Assembly (NCBI GenBank): GCA_964342815.1
Contig: CAYFHS010000001.1
Span: 32,001 to 96,000 of the forward strand
Source: an uncultured archaeon
GTDB taxonomy: Archaea; Thermoplasmatota; Penumbrarchaeia; JASLWR01
Length of the DNA: 64,000 nt
Direction: 5' to 3'
Shown piece by piece: positions 47,864 through 56,910 of this stretch. Both the position numbers and the translations under genes were made by a program. The number at the start of each line of letters is the position of its first letter. The stretch's first letter is position 1. The notes under the pieces are model-generated. The model was not told the origin of the DNA. It saw only the letters and a program-made list of their open reading frames with translations, and ran no database searches.

Positions 47864-49450
47864 ATGGTGTTTAAAGATTCATCGTCTATCGATCAACTAA
47901 TGAAAAGAAGTGATATATTGCGGTTCTTTCTAAAGGGCAGATTGAAGTTGAGTAGATATGCAGAAGAGGCCGTGGACGACCTCGAAACATTTTTTACGGA
48001 AGCCAACGGCACGCTTCTTGCCAGAGGTGCCTCCCCGGGGGATGGAGCAAGGGTTCTGTCGTGGTCTCTTGAGGATGATGTAATCCATTTGGAGATAGGC
48101 AGCGAAGGGCCGATAAGGGCTCACGATGCGCTGCTTCGGTTAAAGAACGGGATCGGCAGGGAACTGGGAAAGAAACACCGACTGGGTGTTCGAAACAGCT
48201 ACGTTGATCTATACGAGATTACCTTTTCCCTGGAATACCCTCCCGTGGATGAGCTGACGATCCCTTATGCTGCCTCTGTACGTTTCGAAGGGATGGAATG
48301 CACCCTTCGTCTTGAAAATGTCGATGAAGTGTTTCTCAGAGAGAATTACATCGACCGAATGATCAGCCTTATCCGTGACAAGACTGCTGGCCAGCATTAC
48401 AAGGGCAAGGGCGAATACTGGGAGGAAATATGGAGGTCGCCTCAGCGCGAAATCGTATATCAAAATGACCCTACAGAGGATATGGTTGAAAAGAAATGGA
48501 TCAAACAGGGGCCCACAAAGGGAAAATGGTTTCTCCGGCCCGAGATCACGAAGATAATGAGGATAATGGAGCAGATCGCCATCAATGAGGTTTTGGCTCC
48601 CCTGGGATTCCAGGAAATCATTGCCTCACATATGGTACCATTTGAAATATGGATAAAGACAGGTCATATGGCAGGCTCGCCAAATGAATTTTATTACGTG
48701 TCGGAACCCGCTACCAGAGATCCGGCGGCCTGGGAGACCTTCTCGGACCTCGTGAAGATAACGCGAAAGGTTCCGTACGAGGAACTGGGAAAATGTCTGG
48801 CCGGACCCCGGGCCGGCATCTGTTATGCCCAGTGCCCTGTCATCTACTGGTCCTTCAAGAGCGAGACCCTGGCCGATGATTCCCTGCCCGTTCTTTTATT
48901 CGAACGGACCGCAAATTCGGGGAGGTATGAATCCGGGGGCCGACACGGTATGGAGCGGGTGGACGAGTTCCACCGCATAGAGCCAGTTTACATCGGGACG
49001 AAGGAGCAGATGCTGGAGATAAGGCATAAAATGCTCGATGCATACAAGCACGTGTTCAACGATATTCTGGAACTGGAATGGAGAATGGCAAGGGTCACAC
49101 CCTTCTACATGCAGCAAAGTGGGGGATTCGGATTGGATGATCCGGGATCCGAAGAAGAAACGGAAAAAAGCAAGGGGACCATCGATTTCGAGGCATATAT
49201 GCCTTACAGGGGAGGGAGAGAGGATAGCGAGTGGCTCGAGTTCCAGAATTTCTCCATAGTGGGGGATAAATACACCAGGGCTTTCAATATCAAATCCCAG
49301 ACGAAAGAACTGTGGTCGGGCTGTTCGGGGATAGGTCTCGAGAGATGGAGCACGGCCTTCCTGGCGCAATATGGGCTATCACCTGACTCTTGGCCTTCGG
49401 AATTTCGAAGAATATACGGTAAGATGCCCAGCGGTATTCGTTTTCTATAG
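47864..49450 (+). CDS. serS: Seryl-tRNA synthetase, methanogen type (type 2)
   Basis: Zinc-site motifs CYAQCP, RYESGGRHGMERVDEFHRIE, WSGCSGIGLERW; N-terminal AHDALLR. The exact start is uncertain. Confidence 0.9.
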   Translation: MVFKDSSSIDQLMKRSDILRFFLKGRLKLSRYAEEAVDDLETFFTEANGTLLARGASPGDGARVLSWSLEDDVIHLEIGSEGPIRAHDALLRLKNGIGRELGKKHRLGVRNSYVDLYEITFSLEYPPVDELTIPYAASVRFEGMECTLRLENVDEVFLRENYIDRMISLIRDKTAGQHYKGKGEYWEEIWRSPQREIVYQNDPTEDMVEKKWIKQGPTKGKWFLRPEITKIMRIMEQIAINEVLAPLGFQEIIASHMVPFEIWIKTGHMAGSPNEFYYVSEPATRDPAAWETFSDLVKITRKVPYEELGKCLAGPRAGICYAQCPVIYWSFKSETLADDSLPVLLFERTANSGRYESGGRHGMERVDEFHRIEPVYIGTKEQMLEIRHKMLDAYKHVFNDILELEWRMARVTPFYMQQSGGFGLDDPGSEEETEKSKGTIDFEAYMPYRGGREDSEWLEFQNFSIVGDKYTRAFNIKSQTKELWSGCSGIGLERWSTAFLAQYGLSPDSWPSEFRRIYGKMPSGIRFL

Positions 49451-49540
49451 CTCCGTATCACTATTCTGATTTCCCACGCTTATGCTGGCTGCCGAATTAC
49501 TCCAAAATACTTATAATAAACCAACTTGATGTGGCCACTG

Positions 49541-50251
49541 ATGGAATCCGTCATAGAGGTTGCGAAAGTACAGAAGGTATTCAACAAATTCCGGGCTCTT
49601 GATGACGTATCGTTCAAGGTTAAAAAGGGTGAGTTCTTCGGATGTTTTGGACCCAACGGTGCCGGGAAGACCACATTGATCCGCATTCTCACAGGACAGC
49701 TTCCAAGGACCAAGGGACACGTTCGTGTTCTGGGAATAGATCCAAGTGAAAATCCAATCGACGTAAAGAAGAGAATTGGTATCGTTCCCGAGTCTGAATC
49801 GCCTCCTTCCTTTTTGACGGGGTGGGAGTACCTCTATTTCGTTGCCCATATTCGGCGATTGCCGAATATTGAGACGAAGATCAAACACTGGTTGGAATTT
49901 TTCGATATGACGGGACACGAGAGCACCATATGCAAGGATCTGTCCAAGGGAATGCGACAAAAGCTGATGCTGTCTGCGGCTCTAATACACGAACCGGAGC
50001 TTCTGATTCTAGACGAACCGCTGATAAACCTCGATCCGATATATCAGAGAAGGGTCAAAGACCATCTCAAAAATTATGCAAAGAAGAGGACCGTGTTCAT
50101 GTGCACGCATATTCTCGAAGCTGCTGAGAAACTTTGCGGCAATTCCGTCATCCTGAACAAGGGCAAGATTGTGGGCAGGGGTAAGATCGCACAGCTTCGT
50201 GCCAAGGATAGCGAGAACCTTGAAGATATTTTCCTTAGACTAGTAGAATAG
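49541..50251 (+). CDS. ABC transporter ATP-binding protein (stand-alone)
   Basis: GPNGAGKT, LSKGMRQK, LILDEP, H-loop CTH; no permease adjacent. Confidence 0.9.
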   Translation: MESVIEVAKVQKVFNKFRALDDVSFKVKKGEFFGCFGPNGAGKTTLIRILTGQLPRTKGHVRVLGIDPSENPIDVKKRIGIVPESESPPSFLTGWEYLYFVAHIRRLPNIETKIKHWLEFFDMTGHESTICKDLSKGMRQKLMLSAALIHEPELLILDEPLINLDPIYQRRVKDHLKNYAKKRTVFMCTHILEAAEKLCGNSVILNKGKIVGRGKIAQLRAKDSENLEDIFLRLVE

Positions 50252-50365
50252 GCGAGACCGCAAAAGGCTGAAATTTATTCCTAACAGCAATCAAAATCTA
50301 TATATATAAATCGCACCATCTTGCGCATTCCAAATTTTTTTTCCATTCAATGAAGGTGTTTTCCG

Positions 50366-53221
50366 GTGAATCCTGGTGACCCCCATGATGACGGGACCGA
50401 TAGAGCTGTCGAGGTGGAACCCCTCACCCCAAAACACAATAGAGCGGTTGGAAAGATCGACGGATACCTTGATACTGCTCTGTCTAGGTTTATGGGGAGG
50501 GCGAGAAATTCCCAGGAAAAATATCAAGAGGTCGCCCCGAAGATAAAAACGAAGGTGGCGGGGGTGGCAAAGGAGGGTGCGGACATATTAAGATCCCTGG
50601 ACAAAAAAGGGGACGAGATGTCCGGCAGGATAAAGGTATCCAAATTCACCGATTGGTTTCTCACTCCCCTGCTGAACCATCCCAGGATCCCTCTTATGGT
50701 GATCATCTTTATTGTTTTAATAGCCAGCATGGGTATACTGAACATCAGAGGGAACATACGGGGCGATATGGAAGTTTATCTTCCTTTGGACGAGGAGATC
50801 ACTGACGTTATTGAAGAGGTAAGGGAAGATTGGACAATCGACATACTGATGTTGTACGTGGAAACTAACAATGTGAAGGACCGTACCGACGAGACCAACA
50901 TCACCGACATCAATGTATTGAAGGAAATGTCCGAGATAGAGGAAACGTTGAACCACCAGAGAGGTGACAAAGGGGTGAACGATACCGTACTTTTCGTCTT
51001 ATCGCTATCAACGCTGGTAAAGGAATTGAACTCAACCCCATCAAGACTCACCAATGCCATTCTCGACGAGTTACTTCCACCCGAGATCGATAATCCGGAG
51101 TACCGATTATTACCCGGAGAATATGCTATTCCCAACAGCCAGGATACGGTTGACTCCATGTTTACCCAGATACCGTCCGAATCATTGTCCGCAATGGTGG
51201 CTGATACCAATGGTGACGGAACGTTTGATTCAGCCATCATCATCATAGGCATGGCAAAGGACGTTGACCAAGCCGATTTCATGAAAAAGGTCGAGGGAGC
51301 CATCGGTGACCTGTCCTTCTGCGAAATAACGGCAACGGGACCCATTCCCATGACCCAGGTGGTCACCGAGAGAACCTATGAAGAAATGACCAGGGTGTTA
51401 CCCATTTCCATTCTGCTGATAGCTTTCTCGCTTTTTTTGTTTCACCGGAACTGGAAGATACTGATCATCGAAGGCGTTCCGCTGATCTCGGAGCTTATCA
51501 TCACCTTCGGCGTCATAGGAGCGCTGAACCTGGACCTCACACCCCAGGTAGTGCTCGTGGCTCCCATCATCGCCGCGCTGGGGGTGGCCAACGGCCTCTA
51601 TATTACGAACAAATACATGGAAGAATCCCACATAAAGGACGAAAAACTCCGAATGAGGGTGACGATCCACGGCACTGCCCGACCCATCCTTTTGGCAGCG
51701 GCTACCACCTCCTTTGGATTTGCATCACTGATGACCATAAACATGCTGCCCATGAAGGTATTGGGATTCGGCCTTGCCTTTGGTATTGTGGTCGATTACA
51801 TCGTGACCTTCCTTACAGTACCTGCACTCATTAGGCTGTTAAAATATGAGAAGAAGACGAAGGTGGACAAGGAAGGATGGCTATCCCGGCTTCCCGTGAA
51901 CCATTCGAAGAAGATACTTCTCGTGGTGGGCATTCTGGTTTTTTCCTCCATTGTCATGATATGGTATCCAGGAGTGGAGGCAAACATGGACTACATGGCC
52001 ATGTCGCCCCAGGACGAGCCAGTGATACTGAAGATGGAGGACTACACGGAGAAATTCGGCGGTGGGCAGATAAACATGTTCTTGGTAAGGGGAAGGCCTG
52101 GGGTGGATGATAACTACGATGAAAAGACGGATCAGTTTGAGGCTAGGTACAGTTTGAAGGATGTTGAATTGTTGGACAACCTGGATTATCTCCAGGTTCA
52201 GATAAACGGCAATCCCAACAAACCCGAGGACCTTGGTATTGAGAATTCGGTATCCATAGGTATAACCGATATAATGAAAGCCATCCAGATGCCCAATATC
52301 ACCGATATCGACCAGATCGAGGATCTATTTGAAAGCGTCCCGGTACTGGAAGAGTTGTTTTATAGTTATTTTAACGAAAATTATACTTTCTGGGAGCTTC
52401 TGCATAATACTAATATCGACGAACAGAGACAAACCCAGCTTTTGAACGTATTTTACAATACCATAACCTACGAGATGCGCGGAATGCTGGTGAACGACGA
52501 TTATTCCCGGACTCTTGTATACGTAACCATGCCGAATATGGACACGGTGGATACGGAAAAGGCTGTGAACCAGGTGGATGATGCACTAAAGAAGTACCCG
52601 GTGGGGGACTCGACTTCCGTCCTCACGGGTTTTGGTCCAATTGTTGTAACAGTGAACAACCTTCTTGTGGAGAGCAGTCTTATCAGTACCGTGATGGCTA
52701 TACTAGTGGTGTTCACGTTGCTTGTGATCGCCTTTAGGTCTTTTAAATATTCTCTTATCACCGTCATCCCGGTGATATTCGTGGTGCTGCTCCAGCCCAT
52801 TACTTTCTATTACATAAGATATATCGGTGCTGCTTTCAACTGGGAGTTCACAGGCGTACTGAACCTTTTCACCGCTATGATAGGTGCCATCATCATAGGA
52901 TTGGGAATTGATTTTGCCATTCATATGACCGAGACCATACGGGAAAAGGGGACAACCATATATGCGGTAAAGAGCGGTGTGACCACAACGGGAAGAAGTT
53001 TTCTCGAGACCACCATAACCATGATAATGGGTATCTCGGCTGTGTTACTAGTGAATATTGTTTCCATACGCGAGTTCATTTTTCTGATAGCGATCCTACT
53101 TTTCTACTCTATGGTGGGTGGTCTGGTCATTCTGCCCAGCCTGTTCACATATTATATAAGAAGCCGGACGGAGTCGGCTGAAAGGAAGGAAGCTGCCAGA
53201 CGGGAAGAAAAAGCTGCTTGA
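50366..53221 (+). CDS. RND/MMPL family transporter
   Basis: 12-TM pattern, LGVANGLY and LGIDFAIH motifs; GTG start with AGGTG SD. Confidence 0.88.
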   Translation: MNPGDPHDDGTDRAVEVEPLTPKHNRAVGKIDGYLDTALSRFMGRARNSQEKYQEVAPKIKTKVAGVAKEGADILRSLDKKGDEMSGRIKVSKFTDWFLTPLLNHPRIPLMVIIFIVLIASMGILNIRGNIRGDMEVYLPLDEEITDVIEEVREDWTIDILMLYVETNNVKDRTDETNITDINVLKEMSEIEETLNHQRGDKGVNDTVLFVLSLSTLVKELNSTPSRLTNAILDELLPPEIDNPEYRLLPGEYAIPNSQDTVDSMFTQIPSESLSAMVADTNGDGTFDSAIIIIGMAKDVDQADFMKKVEGAIGDLSFCEITATGPIPMTQVVTERTYEEMTRVLPISILLIAFSLFLFHRNWKILIIEGVPLISELIITFGVIGALNLDLTPQVVLVAPIIAALGVANGLYITNKYMEESHIKDEKLRMRVTIHGTARPILLAAATTSFGFASLMTINMLPMKVLGFGLAFGIVVDYIVTFLTVPALIRLLKYEKKTKVDKEGWLSRLPVNHSKKILLVVGILVFSSIVMIWYPGVEANMDYMAMSPQDEPVILKMEDYTEKFGGGQINMFLVRGRPGVDDNYDEKTDQFEARYSLKDVELLDNLDYLQVQINGNPNKPEDLGIENSVSIGITDIMKAIQMPNITDIDQIEDLFESVPVLEELFYSYFNENYTFWELLHNTNIDEQRQTQLLNVFYNTITYEMRGMLVNDDYSRTLVYVTMPNMDTVDTEKAVNQVDDALKKYPVGDSTSVLTGFGPIVVTVNNLLVESSLISTVMAILVVFTLLVIAFRSFKYSLITVIPVIFVVLLQPITFYYIRYIGAAFNWEFTGVLNLFTAMIGAIIIGLGIDFAIHMTETIREKGTTIYAVKSGVTTTGRSFLETTITMIMGISAVLLVNIVSIREFIFLIAILLFYSMVGGLVILPSLFTYYIRSRTESAERKEAARREEKAA

Positions 53222-53233
53222 GGAAGTATTTAT

Positions 53234-54016
53234 ATGAGGGCTCTAGGGAAATGCATTATAATATCGCTCCTGATCGTTGCTATTGTATTCATGGGGTGTA
53301 CCGGGAATGACGAGAAGCTCAACGATAATGAAAACAATAACGGGAATGGCGACGGCGATATGGATGGGAATGGGAATGTATCACCCCATGCTTCCATGTG
53401 GTTCCCGCGGAGCGCTGTCGTTGGTCAATCGGTCAAGTTCGATGCTTCGAACTCAAGCGATCCGGATGGTGAGATCGTAGAGTTCTTCTGGGATTTTGGC
53501 GATGGCAGCAATGACACGGGAAAGATTGTTTATCACACGTACGAGATTGCTTCCTATATGGGCGTTTCGCTGAGGGTCACCGATGACGACGGGTATGTCG
53601 ATTTCACATCCGATTCCATCAGCATCACGGAAGATGGAACTAATGGAACACAGCTAACGGCGCCCGAAGCTGATCTAAGCTGCAGGAAGATCGAAAAGAT
53701 ACCCGGAATAGTGAAATATTTCATTACCGTCTCCAATGTAACGGGAGATAATACCGAGATAGTCAATATGAACTATTCGATAATTGATGGGGGCAGCAAT
53801 GAAATTCTTTTAAATGGGTCGCTTACTGAAGCAACCCAAAGTTCGGATAACGGCGTGGCTTTTGCTACCTTTGACTACTATCTGAGTGACGGCGACCTTT
53901 TTACCATTTCACCGGAGACCATACCTGGACTGGATGATGGGGATATTTTCCGGATAGATTTTATTCCGAACGGCGACGTGGTGGGCGCCTGCCTGCTTGG
54001 GACCGATGGATTATAA
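53234..54016 (+). CDS. PKD domain lipoprotein
   Basis: Lipobox-like VFMGC; VKFDASNSSDPDGEIVEFFWDFGDG. Confidence 0.8.
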   Translation: MRALGKCIIISLLIVAIVFMGCTGNDEKLNDNENNNGNGDGDMDGNGNVSPHASMWFPRSAVVGQSVKFDASNSSDPDGEIVEFFWDFGDGSNDTGKIVYHTYEIASYMGVSLRVTDDDGYVDFTSDSISITEDGTNGTQLTAPEADLSCRKIEKIPGIVKYFITVSNVTGDNTEIVNMNYSIIDGGSNEILLNGSLTEATQSSDNGVAFATFDYYLSDGDLFTISPETIPGLDDGDIFRIDFIPNGDVVGACLLGTDGL

Positions 54017-54088
54017 TTCGACATTTGCGTTTGGGGTAATAAAACAGTCTTGTACCGAAGCGGAAATTTTATCCGTAAGAAACAGCAG

Positions 54089-54360
54089 AAGACCCCCGTT
54101 TTAAACGGGGGATGAATGGACCTGTAGCTAGACTTGGCGAAGATGCAGCAAAGCCTGAAAGGGTTTGCGTAATGAAATGCGCATCTTCGGCTGTTTCTGA
54201 GGATGATACCCACATTTCATACGTAGAAAACCGGTTCGGTTTTCGAGGATGTAGCAATGCCCGTAGACGTACTTGTCGAGGGCACAGGAATGCCTGAAGG
54301 GTATTTCAGAGCGCAGTGGGTGCCAAAGGTGTTGCGGAGCGAAGCGGGCAAATGTGGGTT
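54089..54360. other. About 270-nt highly structured intergenic element beginning with an IS200/IS605-end-like hairpin
   Basis: aagacccccgttttaaacgggggatgaa; 9-bp stem 54138-54146/54181-54189; 10-bp long-range stem 54208-54217/54350-54359 enclosing several hairpins. Confidence 0.5.
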
Positions 54361-54362
54361 GT

Positions 54363-55613
54363 TCATTTTACCTTTATAGAAAACCGTTCGATATAATCGC
54401 CAAATCTTTTAATTATCTCGTCGCGGTCCAGGCCGAACTGTTCCGGACTGTAGCGATGTTTCCCAGGCTTATCGCCACGGTGTCGCTGAAGATATTCACG
54501 GACTCTCCCGTCGGATTCCTTGTCGTATGGAAGGTTAAAATACCTCTTTATATCAGAGACGGCACGGGGAATGTTCTCAATCAAGGTCTCGAAATTTATG
54601 TCATAGAATCGATCATCTCCCTCAAGCTGGCGGAATTTCATTAGCTCATCTACCCCGGAATGGAATCGGTCCTCCATCATTTCACCCACCAGTTCCGCAT
54701 CGATATGTCCGTAAAAAATTCTCCGCCCGAGCCCCATGAGACTGCAGAAGGAGGCAATGCTGTTCACGGGATTGCGGTGCGACCATACTATGCAGGCATC
54801 CGGAAAGGTCTTGAGTATGAATTTGAGATTCCATATGTGAGATGGACATTTCAGAACGAATCTCTCGGTTGGAGTGACATGGGCCTGGATCTGCAGCATG
54901 CGCTTGTAGTCCTCGAACACCCAGGTTCGGTCCATTGCCATGAGCCATTGGTTCCACTGGTGGAGGCCTGTTGCTATATCCGTGTTCCCCAGGGCCAGGG
55001 TGTTTGCCAGCAGTATCCAGCACTCTTCTACGGAATCTGCCTTTACCTCATGGGCCACAGACATTTCGGGTACTCCAACTCTGATCAGGCGGAGCGGTAG
55101 GTCAACCTTGCGGATACGCAGTTTACGGTCAAGCTCACGGGATTCATGCAGCGGGTACGGTGTTGCAAGTTCCCACAGATACAATGCCCGATAAGCGGGC
55201 CCCAGGGAAAGAACGTTCTGCAAGAGGGTGGTCCCGGTACGGGGGAAACCCACGACGAAAACGGGTGACTCTATGGGGATATTTTCCACATCGGAATTTC
55301 TTCGAATGTAGTCCTCAATGTACAGCCGGTTCATGGCGGTCTTGAGCGCAAGAAAATATATAGCGTAGATCCCGAGGGGAGTTATTTCCGTATTTCGCGC
55401 ATTATCTATCAAGCGGTCGAGAACCTCGACATATTTCTCGTTGCCGAGATCGGTCAATCCCGTTTTCATCCGGGCCCGCTCGAGGATGGAATCCCGGTCG
55501 AGCTCCCAAATTTTCAGCCCCAATTTCTTACCAATGTCCATCAGCATATTAACAAGTTTTACAGAGGGCTGCGCTTCCATACGGTTGACCGTGTAATGCG
55601 GGATCCCGTCCAT
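54363..55613 (-). CDS. Sulfotransferase family protein (Sulfotransfer_3-like)
   Basis: PVFVVGFPRTGTTLL (5'-PSB loop), VLKCPSH, IVWSHRNP..SIAS (3'-PB). Confidence 0.88.
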   Translation of the reverse strand: MDGIPHYTVNRMEAQPSVKLVNMLMDIGKKLGLKIWELDRDSILERARMKTGLTDLGNEKYVEVLDRLIDNARNTEITPLGIYAIYFLALKTAMNRLYIEDYIRRNSDVENIPIESPVFVVGFPRTGTTLLQNVLSLGPAYRALYLWELATPYPLHESRELDRKLRIRKVDLPLRLIRVGVPEMSVAHEVKADSVEECWILLANTLALGNTDIATGLHQWNQWLMAMDRTWVFEDYKRMLQIQAHVTPTERFVLKCPSHIWNLKFILKTFPDACIVWSHRNPVNSIASFCSLMGLGRRIFYGHIDAELVGEMMEDRFHSGVDELMKFRQLEGDDRFYDINFETLIENIPRAVSDIKRYFNLPYDKESDGRVREYLQRHRGDKPGKHRYSPEQFGLDRDEIIKRFGDYIERFSIKVK

Positions 55614-55861
55614 GATGGGGTATTGGAGTAAAATTAGAAAAGAATTTCGGCAGTTACTAAGTACACCTGTGAAACCGATATCCGAAATTATTTATACTAT
55701 TCGATTGTTTATGCGGCAAAATAGATTTTAATCGAATAGATTATTAAAGATTATAATTTAATATTATTGAGTATAAAATAGACAGATTAGACTTGAGCTT
55801 TGAATCAAATCGAATCATTCTATATTATAATATGATTGTTAAATTAGGGAAGTGAGAATGA

Positions 55862-56134
55862 ATGATAATAAGTAAAGTGATCGGAACTCCCACCTCGACA
55901 TTCAAGATAAAGGAGCTAAACGGCAGTAAATTACTGGTCGTTCTACCTTTGAATCCCATGAATATGAGACCCGAGGGAACACCTTTCATCTGCGAGGACA
56001 GGCTGGGAGCCGGGAGGGGTAATCTCGTCCTGATCAGCAGCACCAACCGCAAGGGCAGCCTGGTGGATGCCTGTGTGGTGGGTATACTGGATTCGCTGGA
56101 GATAGAGAACCGGGTGGTCTACGAAACGGAATGA
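55862..56134 (+). CDS. BMC pentamer (vertex) protein, EutN/CcmL family
   Basis: MIISKVIGT..STFK...LNGSKLLVV...D.LGAG.G.LVLI...DACVVGILD matches the EutN/CcmL pattern along its full length. Confidence 0.92.
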   Translation: MIISKVIGTPTSTFKIKELNGSKLLVVLPLNPMNMRPEGTPFICEDRLGAGRGNLVLISSTNRKGSLVDACVVGILDSLEIENRVVYETE

Positions 56135-56317
56135 GCATAAACCGACAGAGCCCTATAATTTTCGATCAAATAATTGGAATAGCTTTCATTTGGATAATCG
56201 AATTATTTCGTAACAAAATGAGATTAGTTGCCTTGCAAAAATAATTACAATCAATTAATATTTGAACTCTTTACGAATCTAAAAAAACAATAATAATAAA
56301 AAACGGACCGGGATAAT

Positions 56318-56857
56318 TTGGTAAGTTTTGGAATAATTGAGATGCGCTCACCCGTCAAGGGATTGAAACTCGTCGCTGAGGTCCAGACCGGAGGCGATGT
56401 GGAGCCCATAATGATAAAGGCGGATGATCCGAAATATTTCATTGTCATATTCCGAGGAAGGCGGGACGAGCTTATTACCGTACTCGACGCGGTTTATAAA
56501 AGCAACGGGCGTGATTACCTAAAAAAGACTATTATACCATCACCTCACCCGGAGCTTTTAGAGGTCCTTCTGCTGAAAGGTACCGGAGAAAACGTGAAGC
56601 ATCTAGGATTGATGGAGATCAATGGTTACGGAGCAATGATGAAATGTGCCGATATTGTTCTGAAGACCCCCGCAATGGCGGTTCTGAGCATTGTTTTCGA
56701 TACTTTGACGGGAACAGGTCAATTAGCCATAGCAGGCGTGGACACGGTTTTTCCGTCGCTGTTCATGGAGATGAGAGGGATCTGCGGCAGCCTGAATATA
56801 CGAAGCGCATCCGTGATCAGCACCCCTGGAAAAAAGATCATAGAGGCAATTTTGTAA
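56318..56857 (+). CDS. Divergent tandem BMC-domain shell protein (BMC-T-like)
   Basis: Two BMC-sized halves: FGIIEM...IIPSPHPELLEVL and LGLMEINGYGAMMKCADIVLK...VISTPGKKIIEAIL; TTG start. Confidence 0.72.
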   Translation: MVSFGIIEMRSPVKGLKLVAEVQTGGDVEPIMIKADDPKYFIVIFRGRRDELITVLDAVYKSNGRDYLKKTIIPSPHPELLEVLLLKGTGENVKHLGLMEINGYGAMMKCADIVLKTPAMAVLSIVFDTLTGTGQLAIAGVDTVFPSLFMEMRGICGSLNIRSASVISTPGKKIIEAIL

Positions 56858-56910
56858 ACGTGGCAGTATTTACGATTAATGATATTGAATAAATGAATAG
56901 AGGTGAATAT

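Noticed and set aside
54197-54250. Hammerhead-like CUGAGGA...GAAA core
   Set aside because: Stem II and stem I cannot be formed around the core.
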